A stretch of DNA of 37,033 nt. Origin: a virus. The stretch lies in IMG/VR virus record IMGVR_UViG_3300005573_000069, positions 1 to 37,033 of that record, one strand, 5' to 3'. The notes beneath the pieces are model-generated. The model made no database searches. It was not told the origin of the DNA and saw nothing but the letters and a program-made list of their open reading frames with translations. Both the position numbers and the translations under genes were made by a program. Numbering within the stretch: the stretch's first letter is position 1; each line of letters begins with the position of its first letter. Shown here in pieces: positions 17,920 to 27,496 of the stretch.

Positions 17920-18948
17920 TCAATACTTTTTTAAACCTAATAGGCGTATAAATTCTTCTCTATTCACATCTGTCGGTGAAAGTTTATCCTTAAAATAATC
18001 ATACACAGGGACATAACTAACATTTCTATTCTTAATTTGTCTTATCTGTTTACCAATAAATTCTATATCCTTATCAGCATCAAACATAAAAGTAATTTCA
18101 ACGTCTAGTCCAAACTCACGCAACAGTTTAGTCTGCACAGGGGATAAATCGCACCCCATTAATGCTACACAATTTTCTACTCCCCATTGTGTTGCCAGCA
18201 TACAACTTTTCTCTGATTCAAATACAATCACTTCTTTTCTTTCGCAAATAAACTCGGTCGCTCGATGCAAATTAAATAACTCCAAAGTTTTAAGACACGG
18301 GTAGAGAAAAATGTATTTGTTGTCTATGTCATCAGTTACGCTCCTTCCTTTGACACCAATTAATTTTCCATTTTTGTTATGAATAGGAAAGACAATTCGT
18401 GCGGTTTCTAAATCAAATCTGATGTCAAAAATGTCTCTAGTCTTATGATTTATCCCTTCGTTACACCATTTGTGATGTAAATAAGGCAAATATTTATCCA
18501 TTACATTATCATTCAGAATATCGTTTTCAGGAATATTCTCTAGATATAACTCTTTGTTTCTCTCTTTTTGTACGGGCCGAAGAAAGTAACACCAATCTGT
18601 CTTCTTTTCATTTATGCTTAACTCATAATCAAATAGGTTACAAACGTATTGTACAATTTCATAAAATTTTTCTCTTATCTTTTCAAATGTATCAGCATGA
18701 TACAAAATGTAACCAATTATATTATAAATATCGCCATGAATATTTCTTGACCGTATATTACTACTCAAACTTTCATTAACTTTAACTTGTACACTTCGTT
18801 TGTTATCAGAATCAAATTCTGGCGGTAATTGAGCACAAATTAATTTGCCATATTGTTCCCTATGAATGTTTTGACAACCTAAAATCTCAAGAAGTTCTTC
18901 AATTCGTTCCTCTTCGTATAACCTTTTCTTAATCTCTTTTGCATCCAT
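17920..18948 (-). CDS. DNA primase (TOPRIM; SPbeta YorJ-like)
   Basis: RIVFPIHN..G.LIGVKGR, VFESEKS and FDAD; adjacent to the helicase. Confidence 0.9.
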   Translation of the reverse strand: MDAKEIKKRLYEEERIEELLEILGCQNIHREQYGKLICAQLPPEFDSDNKRSVQVKVNESLSSNIRSRNIHGDIYNIIGYILYHADTFEKIREKFYEIVQYVCNLFDYELSINEKKTDWCYFLRPVQKERNKELYLENIPENDILNDNVMDKYLPYLHHKWCNEGINHKTRDIFDIRFDLETARIVFPIHNKNGKLIGVKGRSVTDDIDNKYIFLYPCLKTLELFNLHRATEFICERKEVIVFESEKSCMLATQWGVENCVALMGCDLSPVQTKLLREFGLDVEITFMFDADKDIEFIGKQIRQIKNRNVSYVPVYDYFKDKLSPTDVNREEFIRLLGLKKY

Positions 18949-18963
18949 GGAAACCCCCGTCAG

Positions 18964-20475
18964 CTAAGAATAATCGTGTGAATCCACTAAATGAGTCATT
19001 CCAATCTCTTCCCACGAATTACGATTAAAATTTACTTTGTAGACTATCAAAGGTAATCCTGTCTCATTACATTGCCCTAAGCGGTTTTTCCCAACAAATA
19101 ACAGATAATACTTATAATCGCTAAAGGGTTCCAGTTTAAAAGTTTCCTTATTGTACTTTCCATCCTCACTTTTACGGAATCTAAAACATTCTAATTGGTT
19201 CTTACCACCATCCAATTCATCATCCCATACGGGACGAATCAACAATAAAACGGACGCTTCATTCTTCATTTTTTTAGCTTCGCCTAATGCAAACTCATTT
19301 AAATATCTATATCGAATAGCAGCATCGGTTAACTGCACATTAACCCAAATGCATACTCCTAAGCCCCCGTTTTTTCGGCACAATTTGTATAAGTCTTTAA
19401 TATCGTCAGCCATTACTTCCCATCTAGGTTTGCCTGATTGACCTTCAGATGGCTTACCCGTATCAATTACAAATTTGGTTACACCACGTTTGGCATAGTG
19501 TTTAATTATCTTCTTGACTTCCTTCATTACATAGTTTTCCAAAAAAACAAATGTGATCAATTTATTGTTTCCAGAAGTTGCTTCCTTGACCCATTTAATA
19601 GCACGTTGTAGTTTTTCGTATTCTTCTGGACTAAATTTACCCTCCTGTAGTCTATATCGAGCAAAACCTTCTTTAGTCACCGTCCCCATGATAGTTACCA
19701 ATAAATTTTGTCGAAAGCGGTCGATGGATTCTTCATTAGCAATTACTACCAGCTTTTCTTTATTTTTTATACAAGACATAATGATTTTTTCAATCATAAA
19801 GGCAGTTTTTCCACGTCCTGAATGACCACCAAACAAATACAATTCCCCATTTAAAAGTCCACTTGTGGCACGTGTGAGTTGTTTGCTGTTATTAAATGGC
19901 AATCCTATCTCAGGGTTCTTATCTATTTTTTCTACGAAACTATCTAAATTATCCAGTAAATACTGTTCTTCAAAAGTATTATTATTATTTTGAAATACTA
20001 TTTCTTCAATCTGGTATAACCAATAATTGGCAATTTGGTCCGCATTTAATTTATTGTAGTCGTATTTGTCATTGTTTTCGATAACTTTGTTACCTATCAC
20101 ACTTCTTAAACTGCGTAACAAATTATATTTTTTTACGGTGTCATAATAGAGATTAAAGTTACTTTTTTTATTTTGTACTTCATTAATTAACTCTTGTATT
20201 GTCTCATATCGACCAAATTTATCATATAATCCTTCAACTTTTAATTCAGTAACGGCATTTGCAACAGTTATGTCGTCTAAAATCTGACCACCCTTATTTG
20301 TAATGGTTCGACCTAATTGAAAATAAAATTGCCAAATCTTATTACCAAAATGTTTTTTGTTCAAAATGTTATCATCATATTCCAAATACAACGAAGGATT
20401 ATCATAAAATAGCGCAACAAGAAAGGCTTCTGCTGGATAAACTTCTGTGATTAGAATGTCTTTTGCTAAATCCAT
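18964..20475 (-). CDS. DnaB-like replicative helicase (SPbeta YorI-like)
   Basis: Walker A GHSGRGKT, IANEE, VIDT.K, VQL and KNRLG. Confidence 0.92.
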   Translation of the reverse strand: MDLAKDILITEVYPAEAFLVALFYDNPSLYLEYDDNILNKKHFGNKIWQFYFQLGRTITNKGGQILDDITVANAVTELKVEGLYDKFGRYETIQELINEVQNKKSNFNLYYDTVKKYNLLRSLRSVIGNKVIENNDKYDYNKLNADQIANYWLYQIEEIVFQNNNNTFEEQYLLDNLDSFVEKIDKNPEIGLPFNNSKQLTRATSGLLNGELYLFGGHSGRGKTAFMIEKIIMSCIKNKEKLVVIANEESIDRFRQNLLVTIMGTVTKEGFARYRLQEGKFSPEEYEKLQRAIKWVKEATSGNNKLITFVFLENYVMKEVKKIIKHYAKRGVTKFVIDTGKPSEGQSGKPRWEVMADDIKDLYKLCRKNGGLGVCIWVNVQLTDAAIRYRYLNEFALGEAKKMKNEASVLLLIRPVWDDELDGGKNQLECFRFRKSEDGKYNKETFKLEPFSDYKYYLLFVGKNRLGQCNETGLPLIVYKVNFNRNSWEEIGMTHLVDSHDYS

Positions 20476-20486
20476 GCGACCGCTCC

Positions 20487-20849
20487 TTACAACAAACTAG
20501 ATATATCTCCTTTAACTGTAGTAGTCCTAAATTCATTATCACCCCTATCTTCATAAATATATAACTCGTTTAGCTTTTTCATTTTTTGCTCACGTTCTCT
20601 TTGCTGTTTAATTTTTAGATTACTTACATTCAGTTGGTTCCTCCAAATGGCAAACACATATGGCTCACCTTTGTTGATATGCTTACGCATATCAACCTCC
20701 TTTGCTTTTAATGCGTCCAACATTATTTCCCAATCATAGTCACCTTTAGCATACTTATCAATTATAATAACAGTCTGTCTATTTAATTTGGGGATGTTAA
20801 GTACGTTTTTCCAGAGTTCGTAAAATTGGTGCCTTAATTCATTTTTCAT
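20487..20849 (-). CDS. Hypothetical protein in the YorH-like position (possible helicase accessory)
   Basis: 120 aa immediately upstream of the helicase; C-terminal DISSLL. Confidence 0.7.
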   Translation of the reverse strand: MKNELRHQFYELWKNVLNIPKLNRQTVIIIDKYAKGDYDWEIMLDALKAKEVDMRKHINKGEPYVFAIWRNQLNVSNLKIKQQREREQKMKKLNELYIYEDRGDNEFRTTTVKGDISSLL

Positions 20850-21106
20850 GGATTTTCGTCCTTATCCACATTAACATTGAGGTGCCTATAAACCGGGAAG
20901 TCTTTATCGCCATCTCGCAACTTAAGATAAAGCCAATCCTCAAGGACTTCCTGAAGGGTGCGAATGCACTCCTCAGAGGTATCTCCTGTCGCCCACACTC
21001 CCTCGCAGGAAGGGATTTCGGCGTAGTAATAACCAGACGGGGATTGCTCAATCTGCACTTCTTTCATGGCCTTGTCAATGAAAGACGTAATCAAACCACC
21101 TGACAT
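20846..21106 (-). CDS. Orphan HicB-family (UPF0150) antitoxin-like protein
   Basis: YYAEIPSCEGVWATGDT.EEC...LQEVLEDWL matches the HicB N-terminal fold; no DNA-binding C-domain and no adjacent HicA. ATG 21106 after GGAGGTG. Confidence 0.85.
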   Translation of the reverse strand: MSGGLITSFIDKAMKEVQIEQSPSGYYYAEIPSCEGVWATGDTSEECIRTLQEVLEDWLYLKLRDGDKDFPVYRHLNVNVDKDENP

Positions 21107-21114
21107 GCTCGATT

Positions 21115-21369
21115 TCACCTCCAATGCTCCTTCATTTGCTCAAACTTATTAATCTTACATACCATATCATAATAATCATGTGCATCTACGATAACGTAAG
21201 GCTTCCCTAGAATAAATTCCACAGGACTACAATCAGCATGGGTCTTTAAGTCTTGTGCCTTTTCGACAAGTCTCTTCTTGTAAAGCCAATCGCTCCTTTG
21301 CGAGATTGCAACCATTAACGCCATGGTAATTGCTATGTCAACCCAATTTTGCGAAAGCCAATTCAACAT
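21115..21369 (-). CDS. Hypothetical protein with N-terminal TM segment
   Basis: MLNWLSQNWVDIAITMALMVAI. Confidence 0.7.
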   Translation of the reverse strand: MLNWLSQNWVDIAITMALMVAISQRSDWLYKKRLVEKAQDLKTHADCSPVEFILGKPYVIVDAHDYYDMVCKINKFEQMKEHWR

Positions 21370-21376
21370 TTCCGTC

Positions 21377-21712
21377 CTACCCCCTTTTTCTTATAGGCTC
21401 ATCCAATTTACCCATTACTCTTTGCAATTTCTCGATACAATTCTTAAAGTCATGAAAGTAAGAAAAGTTTAGCCCAAGAATGGCAAACCCATCATCTCTC
21501 CTTTTGAGCCGTTTATAGGCTCTCCCTACTTTATCGAGAAATTCCTTATGATCATCCGGTGAAAATGCCACCTCACGTACCACGGGGTGGTACGCTATTT
21601 CTTCCGCCATACATGTAGCATTCCACAGAAGCAGGTTTATAGCCGCCAATCTTCGTGCAAACTTAGTGATGTCTCTCATGTACCTCTTGTCGATGTTGGT
21701 ATCGTTGCTCAT
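21377..21712 (-). CDS. Hypothetical protein
   Basis: 111-aa ORF with AAGGAG RBS. Confidence 0.7.
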   Translation of the reverse strand: MSNDTNIDKRYMRDITKFARRLAAINLLLWNATCMAEEIAYHPVVREVAFSPDDHKEFLDKVGRAYKRLKRRDDGFAILGLNFSYFHDFKNCIEKLQRVMGKLDEPIRKRG

Positions 21713-21781
21713 TTAGATTAACTCTCCTTACTTGTTTTCTTCTTCCTTTTCGGGCACCATCTCGGACTAGTCTTCGGTAAT

Positions 21782-22015
21782 TTAATCAATTCTTTCCCAC
21801 TTGTTACAATTTTCTAGCTTGTAAGTTAGTACGCCGTCCGGCGTTTCTATATCAATATACAACGGATACATGGGCACCAAGTCCGTTCCTCTGTCCCACC
21901 TCACTCCAATTATCGTCGTAGGCTTAAAATGCCGTTGCTCGCACTTTTCCGCAAGAGCCGCTTTATTGTATATGCAACCACACATTTCACATTGGTACTG
22001 CGTTCTAACCTTCAT
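21782..22015 (-). CDS. Small Zn-finger-like protein
   Basis: YQCEMCG..Y.....A.KCE..H; AGGAGGTG RBS. Confidence 0.75.
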   Translation of the reverse strand: MKVRTQYQCEMCGCIYNKAALAEKCEQRHFKPTTIIGVRWDRGTDLVPMYPLYIDIETPDGVLTYKLENCNKWERID

Positions 22016-22059
22016 CTTATCTCACCTCCTGATTCCTATAGTTCCCACTGGCCTATCAG

Positions 22060-22404
22060 TCACTTGGTTTCCTCTTTTTTACTTTCTACCTTAGCACGCC
22101 ATTTGCAGTACTGATCACGATTTGTGAAATAGGTGGCTTCAGATAACATGATCTCGACAATTTCCTCTTCCGTTAAATCACGGGATTCCCACTCATCACA
22201 GCCCGAGCACGAACCGTACCAATACTTATAGGAAAATACTCTACCATCTTTCAAAATTACGTCGATATCGACGAACCCGGAATAGTCTGCTTCGTATTCA
22301 AGACGTAGGACTTCGACACCTCCGAGACGGTTGACAACCGCTTCCAGTATATTACTATATCTGGAACCATCACACATTTCCTCAATAGAAATCGGTATAC
22401 TCAT
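22060..22404 (-). CDS. Hypothetical phage protein (GSCSGCD motif)
   Basis: DYSG...YWYGSCSGCDEWE; GGAGG RBS. Confidence 0.75.
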   Translation of the reverse strand: MSIPISIEEMCDGSRYSNILEAVVNRLGGVEVLRLEYEADYSGFVDIDVILKDGRVFSYKYWYGSCSGCDEWESRDLTEEEIVEIMLSEATYFTNRDQYCKWRAKVESKKEETK

Positions 22405-22450
22405 TATTTTACCTCCAATTCGATTAATTTTAGAATTTTTAAGGCGAAAC

Positions 22451-23152
22451 CTAGAGACCAGAAACTCTTTTTCTATTTTTCTTTGGCTGTATTAAGATTT
22501 CTAATGGCATATTCCGAAAATAAATAGGTTGTTTACCAACCGCCGCTCTACGCTCATTACATAATTTTTCTAACACCTGTGCCTGATGAAACAATTCCGG
22601 ATGTTTTTCATTTAAAAGAATCCATTGTTGCCGTGTCTGAAAGGGGCATATATAACAACCACTTTTCATTGGTATTGGTAAACCGTGATGTTTGATTATA
22701 TCAATACACCCTTGACGATCAATACCAGCAACAACAAAGGGAAATTCATGCTCTATACCAGCTTTGCCAACGAATCTTTCAGCACGGTGCGCTTCTCCCC
22801 CATCTATCGCAATTAATTCTACACAAGGGCAAGAATAGTATGCTGTGAGAACGTCCACTTTGTACTCTTTTGTACACCACCTTCTACCTCTATTTGGAAT
22901 AATACGTCTATTTAAGCAACGTTCATATACTGTTGATCCATATTTATTTACGGGTTTGATTACTGTTACCGGATATCCATGATCAATCATCATCTGCATA
23001 TATTCATACGTTTCGGGCCAGTCCGTCCCATGATTTACAAATACCGCCTCAAAATCTTCACCCGGTATTTTCCCTTGTTCAATAAGATACAGATACAATG
23101 CCCAACTATTTATGCCACCACCATGAGAAAGATAAGTTTTCATGTTTGATAT
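22451..23152 (-). CDS. PAPS-reductase-family (PP-loop, Fe-S) protein
   Basis: LSHGGGINS (PP-loop), NHGTDWPETY, RWCTKEYK, FPF and KSGCYICP. Start is either ATA 23152 (8 nt after GGAGG) or ATG 23143. Confidence 0.85.
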   Translation of the reverse strand: MSNMKTYLSHGGGINSWALYLYLIEQGKIPGEDFEAVFVNHGTDWPETYEYMQMMIDHGYPVTVIKPVNKYGSTVYERCLNRRIIPNRGRRWCTKEYKVDVLTAYYSCPCVELIAIDGGEAHRAERFVGKAGIEHEFPFVVAGIDRQGCIDIIKHHGLPIPMKSGCYICPFQTRQQWILLNEKHPELFHQAQVLEKLCNERRAAVGKQPIYFRNMPLEILIQPKKNRKRVSGL

Positions 23153-23188
23153 TATACATACCTCCCCAAGCAAGCTTACCAATTAGCC

Positions 23189-23437
23189 CTATAGAGCTTT
23201 CATTAATACTGTATAAAGCGCGTTGCGTAATGCGTCAACGTTTCCGCTTATATGTCCATGTGCTGTTATTTTGTTATCGGGGTCTTCTTTATCAGGGCCA
23301 CAAACCATAACCAGCAACGCTATGGGATCTTTGATGCCATAGGCTGTTTTAAGATCATCAGCCGCTATCGGTATCTCTTTACGTACTATACCTTTGATTG
23401 TTTCGATATCTTCAGTAGTTATACATTTTCCCATCAT
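23189..23437 (-). CDS. Hypothetical protein
   Basis: 82-aa ORF with AAGGAGG RBS. Confidence 0.7.
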   Translation of the reverse strand: MMGKCITTEDIETIKGIVRKEIPIAADDLKTAYGIKDPIALLVMVCGPDKEDPDNKITAHGHISGNVDALRNALYTVLMKAL

Positions 23438-23473
23438 TTTGTCTTCCTCCTTTTATCAACCTAATATTGTGGA

Positions 23474-23683
23474 TTAGTCTTCGTCAATCTGTACTGGTTT
23501 CTTCCTTCTCAACTCAAACCCGCGCCAGTCATACTCCTCCGTAAGCCTACGTTGCCGTTCAGCTTCGCGTTCGCCTAATGCCATGGTCTTTTCACGCCGT
23601 CCTTGTTCCTGCGCTTCCGCCATAACAGAAAATGTCTCATGCACTTCCTTCGCAAACCGATTGTAGCTTTCCAGCGACACCAT
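23474..23683 (-). CDS. Hypothetical protein
   Basis: 69-aa ORF with AAAGGAG RBS. Confidence 0.7.
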   Translation of the reverse strand: MVSLESYNRFAKEVHETFSVMAEAQEQGRREKTMALGEREAERQRRLTEEYDWRGFELRRKKPVQIDED

Positions 23684-23797
23684 TTAATTACTCTCCTTTC
23701 ACAATGTAATTGTTAATATATTAACATTTCTACTATCATTCCTGGATAACAATTTAATAAAATTGGAAACCGAAACGAGAAAAAGGTGCTAATTGCG

Positions 23798-24676
23798 TTA
23801 CATTTCCTTTGGCATTGCCTTTTGTGCTTGCGGGTTGATCCAGACACTTTCTACCCGTGGTTGCATCCTCTTACCTGAACCATTGCCTAAGATACCACTT
23901 GCCCGTGTTCTCGCCGCCGCATGGCACGATGTCTCATAATCCTTTCGCTCCCATCCGGCCTGTTCGAGTTGTGTATGAATAGAGTGGCGATAACCAGAAA
24001 GAATCACCATCGCCTTTACTTTCAGCAGAATTTCCACTAGCTCACTATGATCCTGCAATGACATTTCATGCTTATACCTTCCATCTCTGCGTGTGTCTGG
24101 TACATAGGGAGGATCGCAATAAATTAAAGCATCTGGCGTGTCGTACCGTGTTAAAATGTTCCTAAAATCCGCATTTTCGATTTGTACGCGCATCAACCGT
24201 TCGTGAATTAATGGAAGCATATCAATGGTAGAAAGCCATTGTGAGCAGGTTGAAGCCATTCCACGACAACTTGTGGTGACTACGTTGCCCCAACTGTGTG
24301 CGAAATGACCACCAAAACTCATTCTCGCAACTACAAACCACCGATAGGCACGTATAATCTCGTCATCACACTCTTCCCAACTAGCACGACACAAGTTATA
24401 TTCCTCTCGACTATAAGGAGTAAGAGAAACCAGAGAATGGAATTTAGCGAACATTTCTGGATCGCGTAACACACGAAAAAAATTAACCAGACCGCTATCC
24501 AGATCGTTATATACTTCTACCGGAGATGGGGTTTTCCCAAATAAAAGGCTCGCTCCTCCACCAAATACCTCGACATAGATTTTGTGTGGTGGTACAAGTG
24601 ACAGCAATTTGGTTACCATTAGACCTTTGCCCCCTACCCACTGTATAGGGCTACGTAGCTTTTTCGCGGTCGTCAC
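23798..24676 (-). CDS. Dam/D12-class DNA adenine methyltransferase (alpha class)
   Basis: WVGGK, YVEVFGGGAS, EVYNDLD and YCDPPY. The better start is GTG 24676 after AAGGAG. Confidence 0.93.
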   Translation of the reverse strand: MTTAKKLRSPIQWVGGKGLMVTKLLSLVPPHKIYVEVFGGGASLLFGKTPSPVEVYNDLDSGLVNFFRVLRDPEMFAKFHSLVSLTPYSREEYNLCRASWEECDDEIIRAYRWFVVARMSFGGHFAHSWGNVVTTSCRGMASTCSQWLSTIDMLPLIHERLMRVQIENADFRNILTRYDTPDALIYCDPPYVPDTRRDGRYKHEMSLQDHSELVEILLKVKAMVILSGYRHSIHTQLEQAGWERKDYETSCHAAARTRASGILGNGSGKRMQPRVESVWINPQAQKAMPKEM

Positions 24677-24678
24677 TT

Positions 24679-24909
24679 CTACTCTCCTTTCGTTCGACAC
24701 ACTTTAGATATCGTTTCCTTGTAAAACGGCACATTACCTTGCGATGGCCGTGTTCTCATATCATATAACGCCTCTTTTTCCGCTTTTGGATCGCCCTTAC
24801 TACTGCAAAATAATTCCCTAAAACATTTTTGATTCTGTACTAAACGTTCCTCAGTCGTAAGATTATAAAATCCTTTTCGCGCCAATTGACGTTGAATTAT
24901 CCTTTTCAC
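24679..24909 (-). CDS. Hypothetical protein
   Basis: GTG start coupled to the upstream TGA; stop abuts the MTase start. Confidence 0.6.
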   Translation of the reverse strand: MKRIIQRQLARKGFYNLTTEERLVQNQKCFRELFCSSKGDPKAEKEALYDMRTRPSQGNVPFYKETISKVCRTKGE

Positions 24910-25118
24910 GATTTTTCTTCCTTAACATACTGTTCTATCGCCTCTAATGCTTGCCCTATCATACAGTCAGAAGAATGACCATCCTTTTCACCCCAATTGC
25001 ATAGAGGACACGACCATTGTTCTGATTTACGTTCTATACATCTACCGTCTACTCCAATACACCACTCCACGGCAGAAAGAGCATTTTTTGCTAACTCCAA
25101 AACATTATAAAACGTCAT
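24906..25118 (-). CDS. Small Zn-binding hypothetical protein
   Basis: CPLC...GH..DC..G.AL pattern; ATGA coupling. Confidence 0.7.
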   Translation of the reverse strand: MTFYNVLELAKNALSAVEWCIGVDGRCIERKSEQWSCPLCNWGEKDGHSSDCMIGQALEAIEQYVKEEKS

Positions 25119-25357
25119 TTTTCTTCTTTGAAATCCTTTGTAGCTTCCTCTTTGTCAATTTGACTCGGCGTAAACTTTACGAAATACTCTTTCCCTAAAG
25201 AAAACATATCAATTACTTCATCAGTAGCAAGTACTACTTCAACTTCTCCAGGACAATAACGCTCGTAATCATTAACAGGCCGGAGCGTAGCACATTCGAT
25301 ACCACTTTTATAACGTTCCTTTCTAAAGCAATAAAATGTTCCACTTACTCTATCCAT
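25115..25357 (-). CDS. Hypothetical protein
   Basis: 80 aa, F.LGKEYFVKFTP; coupled to its neighbours. Confidence 0.7.
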   Translation of the reverse strand: MDRVSGTFYCFRKERYKSGIECATLRPVNDYERYCPGEVEVVLATDEVIDMFSLGKEYFVKFTPSQIDKEEATKDFKEEK

Positions 25358-25360
25358 AAT

Positions 25361-26533
25361 CTACACCGACCCTTCTTTGATAGAAGTAAACAAATCCAAA
25401 AACTGATTCACCATCTTATCTATACTATACCGATCTACCACATAATCTCTACCCATTTTCCCGATTCCCTTCGCTTCCCCTTGATTATGATAGAACCAAT
25501 TCAACTTCTGTAAATAATCGTCATGATCCGGTATTTTATAAAAAATTGCATAGCCCTTGTCGGGGTTAGCAGGTGCATATTCAGCGCATGGTTTTATCAA
25601 TTCATGTTCACTTACCGTCATTTCTGGAATACATGAGCAATCTGTTACTAATACAGGTTTACCACAAGCATGAGCTTCCGCCAGAGGTAACATAAATCCT
25701 TCACCTAATGTAGGTACTGTAATTACATCGCACATATTATATATAAGTCTCATAGCCTCTTCACTAACACCACGATCAGGCTTTAATTCTCTAATCAATG
25801 CCACTTTTCCTATCAAATTGTTCTGTTCAATTAGCCTATCTAAATTCCAACCCATATCCTGTACCACGGAATGCACATAAAGTAAAACATCGTTTTTATC
25901 GACGCAAAATTCCCCAAAAGCCTTAAATATAGCAGGTAAATTCTTGCGCCATTGATTCCGGGCTACCACTCCACACATCCATTTATTCAACGGTAACCCA
26001 CTTTCCTTTTTAAATTTATCTATTTTCTTTTGTGATTCAGGATAAAACTGAGAAATATCTATACCATGGTAAATTAACTTTAAATTTTTTTTCGGACAAA
26101 CTTTCTTTACTTCATCATAAGCGAATTTACTATACACTACGGGATGATCAACATCTTCAACTAATTTTGCCCAACCTTTTGGGAAAGGGTAACCATCCAC
26201 CGGAAAATAATGTACTACTTTGGTTTTTTTGCGACTAGGCAATAGGGGTAACCATTCCACCATCCAGGGATCGCCTAACACAAACGTAATATCAGGCTCC
26301 CAGGCATTAAGCACTATTTCTGTAACCATACTACCATAATAATCCATTTGTGAATTGCTCGCAGGTAAAATATCAAATGGATAGTCATGTTTTTCGCCTT
26401 TATAAAACCAACCTATTTGCTTTACCTCATGACCCGCTTTTACTGAGGCTAATGCAAGGGGACGGATAACATTAGCAAACCCTGTATTAGCCGTTACTGT
26501 ATCGCCAACCATCAAAATCTTAGCCACAATCAC
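25361..26533 (-). CDS. Glycosyltransferase, GT-B fold (GT4-like)
   Basis: TGFANV, YFPVDG, IYHGID, VARNQWRKNLP and GEGFMLPLAEAHACGKPV (Ex7E motif). Confidence 0.93.
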   Translation of the reverse strand: MIVAKILMVGDTVTANTGFANVIRPLALASVKAGHEVKQIGWFYKGEKHDYPFDILPASNSQMDYYGSMVTEIVLNAWEPDITFVLGDPWMVEWLPLLPSRKKTKVVHYFPVDGYPFPKGWAKLVEDVDHPVVYSKFAYDEVKKVCPKKNLKLIYHGIDISQFYPESQKKIDKFKKESGLPLNKWMCGVVARNQWRKNLPAIFKAFGEFCVDKNDVLLYVHSVVQDMGWNLDRLIEQNNLIGKVALIRELKPDRGVSEEAMRLIYNMCDVITVPTLGEGFMLPLAEAHACGKPVLVTDCSCIPEMTVSEHELIKPCAEYAPANPDKGYAIFYKIPDHDDYLQKLNWFYHNQGEAKGIGKMGRDYVVDRYSIDKMVNQFLDLFTSIKEGSV

Positions 26534-26539
26534 TACTCC

Positions 26540-27496
26540 TTATAGCAGATTCAAAAAACGTTGCCTAATTATTGGTATATCAAATTCTTTGATTTTTTCT
26601 TGCGCATGTGAAACAACATATGCAAAAAACAAGTCATCACAAATTAATTGTTGAACCAATCTCGTAGCTTTCTTTACCTCCCAATAATTTACCGTTATAT
26701 CAGGAAATAATATTTCCTGTGAATAACTACCATATGACCCCACACAGGGCATCAATGCCGAAGCACAGTCTAAAGGAAATCTGCCCCAGGTGGTTCGAGA
26801 ATCCAAATGAATACCCATATAATATCGGGAATGCTCTTTATAATAATCGGGCCATTCCTTAATTGGCGCTAATTTATAATCCAATCCTAAATCATTGTAA
26901 AATTTTACTTCAGAATTATTTAGAGGATATGCAACAAAATCAAAACCTAACGATACACATGACTGGGAACGCAAATTTTTAACCACCGCAACAGAATAAA
27001 CACTTCCTCTTGAAATTGATAATGCACCTAATTCAATTACTGCTTGTTTAGTATCTGAGTTATTCTGTTGCGCCCATTCTAACGGATACGGAATGCCTAT
27101 AAATTCCACTCTTTTAGATGTATAAGGTTGCAAAACATCTTTCGCTTTATCGTTAATTACTCCAATGATGTCTAATGTATTTAGAACCTCTATATATTTC
27201 GTAAATTGATCTTCATCAACCTCTGGCAAAATTGAACCTTCCACTAAGCCTATTACATATTTAGTATTACTATACTTTCTAAGATTTATCGCAACATCAA
27301 AAAGATTTGTGGTCAATTCAATCATCACAACATCATACTGATCGAAATATGAATAGTCCTTAATTGCACCAGCATAGTACACGTCACCATCTAAAGCGTA
27401 TGCCCAGTTACGAATCTCATTAGCTGAAGTAGTCCATTTACCCATCGTTCTCAAATTACTAACTAGACAAAATTTCACAATATCATTCCCTTTCAC
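26540..27496 (-). CDS. Divergent GT-B glycosyltransferase-like protein
   Basis: TWGRFPLDCASALMPCVG resembles the GT-B donor-binding loop; C-terminal helix pattern; adjacent to the GT4 gene. Confidence 0.62.
   Translation of the reverse strand: MKGNDIVKFCLVSNLRTMGKWTTSANEIRNWAYALDGDVYYAGAIKDYSYFDQYDVVMIELTTNLFDVAINLRKYSNTKYVIGLVEGSILPEVDEDQFTKYIEVLNTLDIIGVINDKAKDVLQPYTSKRVEFIGIPYPLEWAQQNNSDTKQAVIELGALSISRGSVYSVAVVKNLRSQSCVSLGFDFVAYPLNNSEVKFYNDLGLDYKLAPIKEWPDYYKEHSRYYMGIHLDSRTTWGRFPLDCASALMPCVGSYGSYSQEILFPDITVNYWEVKKATRLVQQLICDDLFFAYVVSHAQEKIKEFDIPIIRQRFLNLL

Noticed and set aside
1-20475. Inteins or group I introns in dnaE, nrdJ or the helicase
   Set aside because: Lengths and motif spacing are normal; no splice-junction or homing-endonuclease motifs were seen.
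22451-23152. Complete Dnd/Ssp phosphorothioation or 7-deazaguanine pathway
   Set aside because: No DndD/E, cysteine desulfurase, FolE/QueD or DpdA genes are in the window, and the rSAM does not look like QueE.
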